Positions 1 through 9,169 of a DNA stretch of 64,000 nucleotides are shown here, in pieces. The position numbers and the translations under genes are program-made. The stretch lies in sequence record OR836606.1. The stretch is one strand, 5' to 3'. Each line of letters starts with the position of its first letter. The stretch's first letter is position 1. Under the pieces are notes generated by a model, which saw nothing but the letters and a program-made list of their open reading frames with translations, made no database searches and was not told the DNA's origin.

Positions 1-1
1 C

Positions 2-1192
2 GCAGGAACTTCTAAAGCCACCGGTCTAGAGACTATTCAAGAAGCTATAGATAGAATACCTAAATATATACCTTATGGAAAAAATTGTTATATTCGAGTC
101 TATGGTAGTTATAATAAAGATGAAAGTCGAGTAGGTATATTTGGATTTAATGGTGGTGGAAGCTTAACTATTGAGTTATGGGAGAAAGCTAGTATAAACA
201 CTAGATTTTATCTAAGAGGTAATAGTTGTTATGTGGCATTTATAGGTACTGATGGTCGAGCTTATAATAAAATTACTGAACCTGATGAAGAATATCCTTA
301 TGTATTCCTTATATCTGGGTGTAGTTATGTTTATATATATAAAATATCTCTAGGGAATTTAGGTACTAGGAGTTCAAACGCTATAGTTTCTTCAGAAGGT
401 TCTAAAGTTCGTATAAGGGATATGATGGTATATAATAGTCATATACCTTTTAAAACAGAGTTAATGGGAAGAATATATTCAGGCGGATTAATTTACGGTA
501 AATCTAAAAGTTATTCTTACATTGCCGAATCTGGCTCATTTATTCATTTATATGGTGAATGTGCTGGCACTTACGGTGGAGTTCCCGAAACTAAATCTGC
601 TCACGGTAGTTCAATACTGAAAGATTCAGGTGTTGTTTTCAATAGTGATAAAGCTGTTACTACTCCACCCGCACCTACTTCTAAGACAGTCACTTCATAT
701 GAAACTAAATCATTCTCAGCTTTAAGTGCAGCTCACTATGTAACTAGTGGTTTCTGGAGTCAATGGAACCCTGGTTATGCAATGGGTGGACGTTGGGGAA
801 CTATGCCTGGTGAGATGGGTATATGGATCTTCCCTTCAACTATGAAATCTACGCTTAAAGGTAAAGATATTACTAAAGTACAGATTACTATAACACGTGT
901 TAATGGTATAGGTTTATGGGCACAAGAAATTTCTGGACAATTAAGAATGCATAAACATACTTCTAAGCCTTCAGGTGCTCCATCATTCTCAAACGAATAT
1001 TATACATTCAAGCTTGTTGGAGGTAAGACTAAGACATTTGATATTACAACTAAGTTTAAATCATTACTTAAATCAGGTTCATATGCTGGTTTTGGTATTA
1101 AATCTCCTTATACACAAAGTTATTATGCGGCTTATTCTAAGACTTGTAAAGTAACAGTAACTTATAAAGTTACTAAGACTGTTTATGTCTAG
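2..1192 (+). CDS. C-terminal part of a tail spike/fibre-like virion protein (5' end outside window)
   Basis: Frame is open from base 2; TIQEAIDRIPK resembles the start of beta-helix spike domains; G/S/T/Y-rich; sits in the virion block. Confidence 0.55.
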   Translation, partial: AGTSKATGLETIQEAIDRIPKYIPYGKNCYIRVYGSYNKDESRVGIFGFNGGGSLTIELWEKASINTRFYLRGNSCYVAFIGTDGRAYNKITEPDEEYPYVFLISGCSYVYIYKISLGNLGTRSSNAIVSSEGSKVRIRDMMVYNSHIPFKTELMGRIYSGGLIYGKSKSYSYIAESGSFIHLYGECAGTYGGVPETKSAHGSSILKDSGVVFNSDKAVTTPPAPTSKTVTSYETKSFSALSAAHYVTSGFWSQWNPGYAMGGRWGTMPGEMGIWIFPSTMKSTLKGKDITKVQITITRVNGIGLWAQEISGQLRMHKHTSKPSGAPSFSNEYYTFKLVGGKTKTFDITTKFKSLLKSGSYAGFGIKSPYTQSYYAAYSKTCKVTVTYKVTKTVYV

Positions 1193-1206
1193 AAAGGTGG
1201 CACATT

Positions 1207-1950
1207 ATGTCTGATTATGAAAATATATATGGAGAACTTGTAGAGACTAATGAAGATGATATTTTAATTAACGAAGATCAATATGTCATTACTACGGACG
1301 GAAAAGAAAATTATACTTCCGTCTATAGTTTTGACGATTATTCAAATACTGTTATTAATAATGATCAAAATTTTGTCGATAATGAAAAAGAAATTATTGA
1401 TGAAGAAGTTAAAGAAGAAATTAAGAATGACGACCCAAGAAATACACATCTTTTAATAGTTTTAAATCCTGAAAGTATGACAGTTTTCCAAATTTCATGT
1501 ATAAATAGAATGACACTTGAGAATAATGTAATGGGTATTGGAGATTATTTTGATGATGAAGAGGAATTTTATGAAATTAATACAATGGATAAAGAATCAT
1601 TTATAGTTGTTGAAAAAGATGATGAGTATAATATAAATACTATTAAACCCGGAACTATTTTAGATCCTAAAATTATGGAAAAAGATGTTTCATATGAATT
1701 CATAGAAGATAATAGAGTCAGTTCTAAAAATGAAGTTGATGATCTCAAGAAAAAACTTGAAGAATCAAATAAAGAATTATTATCTACTAGAGAAGAATTG
1801 ATAGAAACTCAAAAAAGACTGGTCGAATCTGAGAAAAAGGCATTACAGTCTTTAAATTCAGTTAAATATGCTGAAAAGATGAATGTAGATATTACAATGC
1901 AATTATTACAGCTTCAAATGACACTCAATCAAGTCTTAGATGATAATTAA
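1207..1950 (+). CDS. Hypothetical acidic protein with C-terminal coiled coil, probably tail-fibre associated
   Basis: 247 aa ORF, RBS-like AAAGGTGG upstream, heptad-rich C-terminus, directly follows the spike gene. Confidence 0.55.
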   Translation: MSDYENIYGELVETNEDDILINEDQYVITTDGKENYTSVYSFDDYSNTVINNDQNFVDNEKEIIDEEVKEEIKNDDPRNTHLLIVLNPESMTVFQISCINRMTLENNVMGIGDYFDDEEEFYEINTMDKESFIVVEKDDEYNINTIKPGTILDPKIMEKDVSYEFIEDNRVSSKNEVDDLKKKLEESNKELLSTREELIETQKRLVESEKKALQSLNSVKYAEKMNVDITMQLLQLQMTLNQVLDDN

Positions 1951-1987
1951 AACATTAGTTTATAAATTAAAAAGGAGTGTTTTTAAT

Positions 1988-2326
1988 ATGCCATATTTTG
2001 TTTTAGATCCTCGTTCTTACATGGTAATTTATCATGCAGGACTTGTTGTTAAAGGTACTATCACTTTAGATGAAGTTACTGAAATAATGGGATTAAGAAA
2101 ATACGTTATTGAAGTTTTAGAAGAAATGGGTTATAATTTCGAATCAGGTAAAATCGAAGAAACTGAAGTTTTAGAAGAAATTGATCCTATTGAAGCGGAA
2201 CATATGGTTGATGAAGCTGTAGAAGATTCAGAAGTTCAAGGGATCGGACGAGCTACAGAAGTAGACCCTCAAGAAGAAGACCTTGAAAATCCTTCATCAG
2301 CTCAAGGCGGAACTTTGCCGCATTAG
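1988..2326 (+). CDS. Small tail-module protein with acidic tail; its last codons are duplicated downstream of omegaRNA cassette 1
   Basis: AAGGAG RBS before ATG at 1988; in frame with track ORF 1940..2326; ends GGTLPH*. Confidence 0.6.
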   Translation: MPYFVLDPRSYMVIYHAGLVVKGTITLDEVTEIMGLRKYVIEVLEEMGYNFESGKIEETEVLEEIDPIEAEHMVDEAVEDSEVQGIGRATEVDPQEEDLENPSSAQGGTLPH

Positions 2327-2428
2327 TTTTAATAACGTTAAATAACATGACAATTATTAAGTTACAATAACCAAGTAACTTAAATCACAAGGGGAGGGCT
2401 GAGCCCTTAGACATATAATAGTGTCAAC

Positions 2429-2611
2429 ATGGTTATCTGATGTGAAGCGTTTATATGACTCATATATATATAAGAAGATTATAAATGAATTGATCTAAGC
2501 TAATGTATCTTAGTACAGAAACCGAAAAATCCAGTTTAAAACTGCTACAACAATTAAGTTAATTGATTTTAATTATATTGTTGTAAAATGTTTTAAACGC
2601 TATGAGATTTT
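2429..2611 (+). ncRNA. Stand-alone TnpB omegaRNA scaffold, copy 1
   Basis: Near-identical to the reverse complement of 53616-53807, which lies directly 3' of tnpB (shared ATGGTT.TCTGATGTGAAGC, GAATTGATCTAAGCTAATGT, AGTACAGAAACCGAAAAATCCAGTTTAAAACTGCTAC, TATGAGATTTT); no tnpB adjacent. Confidence 0.8.
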
Positions 2612-2774
2612 ACAGCTGGAACTTTACCTAATCAGTAATTCTTATCAACGTTAATTAAATAAAGAAAATAGAACATATTTATATGAAAGTTATTTACATA
2701 AATATCTTTCATACAATTTCTTTGTTCTTGTCTATCTTTATTCTTTTTTCTTTTAATTTTGGCAAAGTCTTCAA

Positions 2775-2812
2775 AAAGTCCCTAACATTCTTAATTGAGT
2801 GTTAGGGACTTT
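2775..2812 (+). terminator. Rho-independent terminator-like hairpin
   Basis: AAAGTCCCTAACATTC / GAGTGTTAGGGACTTT inverted repeat followed by T-rich tract. Confidence 0.7.
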
Positions 2813-2898
2813 ATTTTAACCCAGAAATTTGTAAAAAGCATCAATTCTATTAAAGAAACAAAGTTTTATAATAAAAAATAGGATGTGAAAAATAAATT

Positions 2899-3396
2899 AT
2901 GAAGGATGATAATAATAAAAACAATAATAGAGAAGATAATTTAAGTGTTGAAGAAGCAAATAGTTTAGTTATTAGATTCTATTATTTTCTTAAGCAGTTT
3001 AAATATTATATAACTCCTATTTTCTTATCTGTTTATTCTTTAGTTTATGGCTTCCAATTTGTTTTTCGAACAAGAGAAGCTTATAGAACATCAGATATTT
3101 ATGTAGCCATTTCCCATTTTATGGACTTAAGAACCTATGGTTTATTTTTAATTATTGGCGGATTATCCATATCAGCTTCACTATTCTTAGATAATTTTAT
3201 GACTAAACCTTTAATGACTATAGGTGCGTTTATTAACTTCGCTCTATTTTTAATATATGCTATTATATCTATGGATATTGCAGGTATGCAATCAACTATA
3301 ATTTTAAAAATTTTCATCTCTTTTTTAAATTTCTTCTTTGCAGTATTTACAATTCTTGAAATGAGAACGGAATCTATTATAAATGGAAGAAAATAA
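2899..3396 (+). CDS. Multi-pass membrane protein in lysis region
   Basis: 165 aa with about four hydrophobic segments, upstream of holin. Confidence 0.65.
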   Translation: MKDDNNKNNNREDNLSVEEANSLVIRFYYFLKQFKYYITPIFLSVYSLVYGFQFVFRTREAYRTSDIYVAISHFMDLRTYGLFLIIGGLSISASLFLDNFMTKPLMTIGAFINFALFLIYAIISMDIAGMQSTIILKIFISFLNFFFAVFTILEMRTESIINGRK

Positions 3397-3940
3397 TAGA
3401 AGATTGTATGAAAATAATAGATCCATAACTGAATTAGAATTACTAAAGTCAAATAATTCATTGAAAGAAGAAATTGAGGAGAAATTTGATAAAAAAATAG
3501 ATGAAGTTAAATCCGAGAGTCGAAAAATGAGTAGCACTTTAGTACGTGTAGAAGTATTACTTGAGAATATGGGTAAAAACACCGAAGAAATTAGAAAAGA
3601 AATGAAAGAAGATAGAGAAAATAGAAAAATTGAAGAAGAAGAAAGAAAAAGAAGACATTATGAATTAGAGTCACAGATACATTCTGTTAAACAGGAATTA
3701 AATCAAAATGTTGAACAAGTTGAAAGAAAAATAACTAGTGACATACAAGATTTAAGATTAGGTTTAGACAGTAAACTTAATATAGAAGACTTTGAACTTG
3801 AGTTTAAAAAAATTGAAGAAAGTTCTAATGATGAAAAAGATAGTAAAACTTTTAAAAGAAATTTATTTGTCAATGTAGTATCTTTAATATTGGCTCCTTC
3901 AGTAATCTTAGATATAATTAGAAGAATATTTGGAGGATAG
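3383..3940 (+). CDS. Coiled-coil protein with C-terminal transmembrane segment (lysis-associated)
   Basis: E/K-rich heptads, hydrophobic C-terminus LFVNVVSLILAPSVILDII. Confidence 0.6.
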   Translation: MEENNRRLYENNRSITELELLKSNNSLKEEIEEKFDKKIDEVKSESRKMSSTLVRVEVLLENMGKNTEEIRKEMKEDRENRKIEEEERKRRHYELESQIHSVKQELNQNVEQVERKITSDIQDLRLGLDSKLNIEDFELEFKKIEESSNDEKDSKTFKRNLFVNVVSLILAPSVILDIIRRIFGG

Positions 3941-3955
3941 ATTTAAATATTTATT

Positions 3956-4513
3956 TTGATAAAAAGGAGAAATGTTAAATTGAAAAAAAATTTAAAAATT
4001 GGTAAAGATAAATATATTAATGTATTACTTAGATTTAAAAATAAAGCGTGGACAGCAGCTTTATTAATTCAATTAGTCAACGTAACTATTTTCTTAATTC
4101 GTGCTTTTGGTGGAGAAGTTTCTGGTGATACTGAAACTAATATTTTAAGTATCGTACAAGTTTTAGCAGGTGTCTTATCTAGTTTAGTTGGTCGTTTTGT
4201 AGATAGTACAACTGAAGGTTTAGCTGACTCTGAACGTAACTTAGTTAAAAGTAGTCCTACTACAAATAGTGAAAAATCCCTTCAAGCAATGGACTATGAC
4301 GGTAAAATTCTCCCTCCAGTGAAGCCTTTTTTGGAGCAAGAGAGCAACCAAGAAACTACAAACTTACCAAAGGGTCTAGAAACTTTCGATAATGAATATT
4401 TAGAACATCAAGTTTTTGTGGAAGATGATGAAGGATTAATTGAATCAGTTGTTAGAGCTGATGCTAACTACAATCCTGAAATTTTAGGTGGAGGATCCGG
4501 CGGTGATCTTTAA
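3956..4513 (+). CDS. Holin, phiLC3-like family, with long acidic C-terminal tail
   Basis: LRFKNKAW...two TM segments...VDSTTEGLADS matches the RFKNK..W / DPTT.G.SDS pattern of LC3-type holins; true start may be a TTG near 3980. Confidence 0.75.
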   Translation: MIKRRNVKLKKNLKIGKDKYINVLLRFKNKAWTAALLIQLVNVTIFLIRAFGGEVSGDTETNILSIVQVLAGVLSSLVGRFVDSTTEGLADSERNLVKSSPTTNSEKSLQAMDYDGKILPPVKPFLEQESNQETTNLPKGLETFDNEYLEHQVFVEDDEGLIESVVRADANYNPEILGGGSGGDL

Positions 4514-4623
4514 CGGCAATATTTTTATTAACGTTAAATAACATAACAATTATTAAGTTATAATAACCAAGTAACTTAAATCATAAGGGCGAGCTGAGTC
4601 CTTAGGCGCATAATAGTGTCAAC

Positions 4624-4802
4624 ATGGTTCTCTGATGTGAAGCATTTATAAAGATCTTTCTATTAAATTAATAGGAATAACTTTATAAATGAATTGATCT
4701 AAGCTAATGTATCTTAGTACAGAAACCGAAAAATCCAGTTTAAAACTGCTACACAATTTTTAATTATATTGTTGTAAAATGTTTTAAACATTATGAGATT
4801 TT
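4624..4802 (+). ncRNA. Stand-alone TnpB omegaRNA scaffold, copy 2
   Basis: 5' half (ATGGTTCTCTGATG...GATCTAAGCTAATGT) identical to the IStron copy on the minus strand near 53727-53807; same TATGAGATTTT end; no tnpB adjacent. Confidence 0.82.
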
Positions 4803-4847
4803 ACAGCTGGAGGATCTGCTGAAGATCAATCAAATTAATATATTTTA

Positions 4848-4880
4848 CGGTAACATTCATTAAATTGAATGTTACCGTTT
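4848..4880 (+). terminator. Rho-independent terminator
   Basis: CGGTAACATTCA / TGAATGTTACCG 12-bp stem followed by TTTATTTT. Confidence 0.75.
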
Positions 4881-4933
4881 ATTTTATAAAAAATTTTAAT
4901 ATACATATAACGTTATTATTATAAATATACACT

Positions 4934-5596
4934 TTGCTAAAGGAATTGAATAAAAAAATGCCTAAAAAGAAAAAAGAAGTGCCCAAAAAAATATTAAATA
5001 AAATTGAAGAAGTTAAAAATTGTAATATTGAGTATAAAAGTGTAAATGATAATGAAATTATTATTTTTATAGATGGTCATGAAGTTTATCAATATCTTAG
5101 ACATAGAAAAAGCGGAATGAGAACTTATGATCCTTTACACACATATAAAAAAGAATTAAAGAAAAGAATGAAAGAAGAATTAAAAGATAGTTATATAAAG
5201 GATATTATCAAAAATAATTTTGAAAGTCCTATTGAATTTGAATTAATTACAGAAAGAAATCCTTGTAATAATACTGATTCTATAAAGCTTATACTATTTA
5301 AACTTTTAGGATTAATTAAGAGAACAAATACTCCTGATGTTGATAATTTCCAAAAAACTACATTCGATGTTATGAATGAAATGTTTTGGAAAGATGATGC
5401 ACAGATATTTAAAGTAACTTCTCTTAAAAAATACTCTAGTGATTTCAAAGATAAAACATTTATACATATCAAATATGTAAAAGATGATCTAGAAGAATCT
5501 AAAGGTAGAATGAATAAAGTATTATTAAATAAATATAAATTATTAATAGAAAAAATAAAAGAGAAAAGAATGGAGAATAATAACAATGAGAAATAA
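4934..5596 (+). CDS. rusA: RusA-like Holliday junction resolvase
   Basis: PDVDNFQKTTFDVMNEMFWKDDAQI matches the RusA catalytic PDxDN..K...D......DD.QI motif. Confidence 0.8.
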   Translation: MLKELNKKMPKKKKEVPKKILNKIEEVKNCNIEYKSVNDNEIIIFIDGHEVYQYLRHRKSGMRTYDPLHTYKKELKKRMKEELKDSYIKDIIKNNFESPIEFELITERNPCNNTDSIKLILFKLLGLIKRTNTPDVDNFQKTTFDVMNEMFWKDDAQIFKVTSLKKYSSDFKDKTFIHIKYVKDDLEESKGRMNKVLLNKYKLLIEKIKEKRMENNNNEK

Positions 5597-6092
5597 TAAA
5601 AACGTATTGGTTAATGAAGAAAAAGATATTAGAGATTTACAATTAATAATGAGAATTAGAAATAATATTATGAATTATATTGATTTAGAAAATACAATTG
5701 ATATTATTCGTGATGTTATTAATAAATCTGAAAATTTTAAATTTAGATCCGAGGCGGCAGAAAAACATATTGATGTTAAAAAACCGACATTTGTTATTAA
5801 ATTAGATGATGAAAATCTACATGCTAAAAATAAACAAAGCTTTCAGGGAAGTAATGATGAATATGAAGACTATTTAAGACAATACGAAGAAGATGTAGCT
5901 GATAAATTAGACAAAGAAGTATTGAAATATATTGGTCCAGCTATTTTTGATTCTATTAAAGAAGATACAGAATTGGATGAATTAATGAAAAATAATGAAA
6001 TTGAGATGAAAGATTTAATGGTTACTAATATTTATGTATATAAATTATCAGATCCATACACAAATGTGATCAATCTTTCATTATTCGTTTAA
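5586..6092 (+). CDS. Hypothetical protein
   Basis: 168 aa ORF overlapping the rusA stop. Confidence 0.6.
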   Translation: MRNNKNVLVNEEKDIRDLQLIMRIRNNIMNYIDLENTIDIIRDVINKSENFKFRSEAAEKHIDVKKPTFVIKLDDENLHAKNKQSFQGSNDEYEDYLRQYEEDVADKLDKEVLKYIGPAIFDSIKEDTELDELMKNNEIEMKDLMVTNIYVYKLSDPYTNVINLSLFV

Positions 6093-6154
6093 TTAAAATC
6101 ATAAAACATCAACTTATTATTTAAATAAAAATGAAAGTTTGGTGAAATTTAATA

Positions 6155-9151
6155 ATGGAAGATAAAGAAAAAAATCTTCTTCAAATAAATGAAGAAATAA
6201 ATTCTATTAAATCAAAAATCAATTCTTTATTACAAGAACAAGATAGCATTAAAAATCTATCAGAAGATAATAAAAATAAGATTAATGTCTTAAATACAAA
6301 TATTGATTCTTTAGATAAAGAAAATGATAATTTAATAGAAAAATTAAGAAATTTAGATGGTAGTCATGATATAGATTTAGATTTATCTAACTATGTTACA
6401 CTTGATACATTAAAAACTGAATTAAGAAAATATCAAAAGTTAAGTATTGATTATATTGATAGTATTGCTGAAAGTGGATGGGATTCTGATATTAAGGGTA
6501 ATCTAGATTCTTTAAATGGAAGAGTTTCATCTAATGAAGAATCTCTATCTGTAACAATGTCTAAAGTTAATAAGTATGAATCATCTATACAATATTTAAG
6601 TACTAAAGTGGAACAAACTGCAGAATCAATTAAGAGTATAGCTACTGATTATACTCTTAATGAAATTAATGATAGTATTACTAAATTAGAATCATTTAGA
6701 GAACAGACAGCTAGGGTTTTACAAGACACGGTTACTAGAACTGATATAGATACAGTTAAGAATAAAGTAACTGAATTTGAAAGTCAGGTATCTCAATTCG
6801 CAGACTTAATAGAGCAAACAGTTTCTAAATCTGAAATTGATGGCATTGTTATTGGCGGTAAAAACTTATTAGAGAATTCTTTAGCTGTTTCGGGTAACTG
6901 GTTATTAAAACCGGATACTTTAAGCTCATCAAATCCAGATGCTTTAACTTTTGGACAAGACAATGATGGTAAAAGTTATTTTACCATTAATACTGAAGGT
7001 ATTGAAGGACAAGTAGGTGCTCAAAGTTATAATGGTTTTAAATTGGAATACAATGAGACTTACACTATTTCATTTGATTTTAGATCAGATACATTTAATA
7101 GACTTGATTATTGTTATTTTATTGATCCTTCTGGAAATTATTCTACACCAATTGCTGAAAAGTATTTAGATATTGATGAAGAATGGCATAGATATTCATT
7201 TGTATACAAACAAACACTGACTGGAAGAAATAATACTAAATTACTTCTTGGAGTGGATACCGACCTTAATGGTTTGAGTGGTACATTTGATATTGCTAGA
7301 GTTAAAATTGAAAGAGGTAGTGTTTCTTCCGACTGGACGGCTGCACCTGAAGATTATGATAACATGCTAGAAAACTATAATAAAACTATTAATGATAAAA
7401 TAGCTAATATCGAAAAGAATGCTGTAGGTTTAGGGGATACTGTCACTGAGGCGTTTAAAGATGGTATCATCTCTAATGCTGAAAAAATTGCTATTGATAA
7501 ACAGAAAAATGTTATTGATAAAGATAAAGCTGAGATAGATAAAATTTTTAATACCCTTTATCCTAATAAAATGATGTCTAATTCAGTAAAAACAGATTTA
7601 AAAAATAAATATGATTTATTTAATGAGAAATACAATATATTAATACAAGATATAACTAATACTATTAGTGACGGTATAGCTAATCAAGAAGAAGTAGCTC
7701 AATTTAATACTAATTACTTAAGATATAATGAAGCTCAATCAGATATTAAAGATTCTATTCAAAAAGCCATTGATAGCATTTCTAATGGTTATGCTGTTAC
7801 AGAAGCTAGTAAAATTACTGTTGGCGGTATGAACTTAATTAGTGTTGGAAATATTACACCTATTGGTTCTGCATCTTTAACTAAAAATAATTATTTAGAA
7901 TATGGAGAACTTAATGTAGCTTTAACTGCTAATGGGCAAGGTATTAAATTTAAATTAGATAAAGTTAGAAGTAGACGTGAACATACATTAAGTTTCAATT
8001 TAGAAAAGAAAACTGGTACATTAACTAACGTTGATATTAATATACCTAATTCAACTATAACTAATATTTTTGTTAATGGCGTTGCTAAAGGTCAAGATTC
8101 ACGTAATATTACTTTTGATGACACTTCTGCTTTAACATTGATAGAAGTGACATTTATTCCTAATGATTCATTTACAACTGATACATTAATTAATATGGTT
8201 ATTAATAAAAACGGAAATTTTCCAATGTCAGTTGATGTTGAAGGGTTAAAAGTTGAAGAAGGTAATAAATCTACTGCTTGGCAACCATCTATTAAAGATA
8301 GTAATGCTAGAATTACTAATATGGAAAGTAGAATTACACAAACAGAAAATAATATCGCTTTAAGTGTTACTAAAGAAACTTATAATGCTGATAAAACTAA
8401 GATAGAAAAAATGGGGTCTGCATTATCTCTATTAGCTGATGGTATTACTATGTCATCATCATCTAATAATAAATTGTCGACCTTTGATATTGACCCTAGT
8501 AGTATTAAATTAAAATCTAATATGGTTGATATTAATGATGGTGATGTTATTATTTCTAATGGAAGAGCTACTATTAAAGAAGCTGCCATTACTAATTTAA
8601 TGTCTAAAAATATTGTAGTTCAAACTATGTTGGATGCTATGGGAGAAGTTAAAGGTGGTATTACTATCAAACGACCTGATGGAGGTTATTTAATATATAA
8701 CGGTATGCCACGATTTACTACATCTTATGTGCGTTCAGAACCAGGGGTCCAAGATTTAATGTCTAATGGTACTCCTAGATTTAAAAATGTTGGCAATGCT
8801 TTTATGTTTAGCGATAAAACTACAGGTAACTATTTTAGACGTGTTATGACACTATATGGTCAACATGAAACTAGATGGTTACACATAGGTATTTGGTATG
8901 CCACTCCTCAATGCGGAATTGATATTAAAGTGGATTCATTTAATGATCAAAATGGAGTGTTCTTTGATAAAACTGTATCTATACCTAAAGACGCATCAAC
9001 TAGCGTAACTAAAACAAAACATAAAGAAATTATTGTAGATATGGGTATTCCGGCACAATCTATAGCTTCTATAGCAATTCGTGCAAGAGTTAAACCGGGT
9101 GAAAAAGGTAATGCTTGGATACTTAACTCATACGTTTATGGTAGAAACTAA
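6155..9151 (+). CDS. Tail fibre / receptor-binding-like protein with coiled coils and two carbohydrate-binding-type modules
   Basis: Two IGGKNLL/VGGMNLI ... K(I/V)E.G...(S/T).W modules typical of Bacillota phage tail-tip proteins; 998 aa. Confidence 0.7.
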   Translation: MEDKEKNLLQINEEINSIKSKINSLLQEQDSIKNLSEDNKNKINVLNTNIDSLDKENDNLIEKLRNLDGSHDIDLDLSNYVTLDTLKTELRKYQKLSIDYIDSIAESGWDSDIKGNLDSLNGRVSSNEESLSVTMSKVNKYESSIQYLSTKVEQTAESIKSIATDYTLNEINDSITKLESFREQTARVLQDTVTRTDIDTVKNKVTEFESQVSQFADLIEQTVSKSEIDGIVIGGKNLLENSLAVSGNWLLKPDTLSSSNPDALTFGQDNDGKSYFTINTEGIEGQVGAQSYNGFKLEYNETYTISFDFRSDTFNRLDYCYFIDPSGNYSTPIAEKYLDIDEEWHRYSFVYKQTLTGRNNTKLLLGVDTDLNGLSGTFDIARVKIERGSVSSDWTAAPEDYDNMLENYNKTINDKIANIEKNAVGLGDTVTEAFKDGIISNAEKIAIDKQKNVIDKDKAEIDKIFNTLYPNKMMSNSVKTDLKNKYDLFNEKYNILIQDITNTISDGIANQEEVAQFNTNYLRYNEAQSDIKDSIQKAIDSISNGYAVTEASKITVGGMNLISVGNITPIGSASLTKNNYLEYGELNVALTANGQGIKFKLDKVRSRREHTLSFNLEKKTGTLTNVDINIPNSTITNIFVNGVAKGQDSRNITFDDTSALTLIEVTFIPNDSFTTDTLINMVINKNGNFPMSVDVEGLKVEEGNKSTAWQPSIKDSNARITNMESRITQTENNIALSVTKETYNADKTKIEKMGSALSLLADGITMSSSSNNKLSTFDIDPSSIKLKSNMVDINDGDVIISNGRATIKEAAITNLMSKNIVVQTMLDAMGEVKGGITIKRPDGGYLIYNGMPRFTTSYVRSEPGVQDLMSNGTPRFKNVGNAFMFSDKTTGNYFRRVMTLYGQHETRWLHIGIWYATPQCGIDIKVDSFNDQNGVFFDKTVSIPKDASTSVTKTKHKEIIVDMGIPAQSIASIAIRARVKPGEKGNAWILNSYVYGRN

Positions 9152-9169
9152 TATTTAATTAGAAAGGAC

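Noticed and set aside
2333-2638. The orphan cassettes as introns
   Set aside because: They lack the group I core motifs found in all ten introns of this window and lie after an in-frame stop codon
3135-3582. Minus-strand ORFs 3135..3461 and 3325..3582, and similar short antisense ORFs (5191, 8380, 11077, 11543, 19134, 20776, 23289, 26337, 27410, 29425, 33640, 46596, 49862, 55715, 63265)
   Set aside because: Overlap well-supported genes on the other strand, lack RBS, and have composition expected of antisense frames
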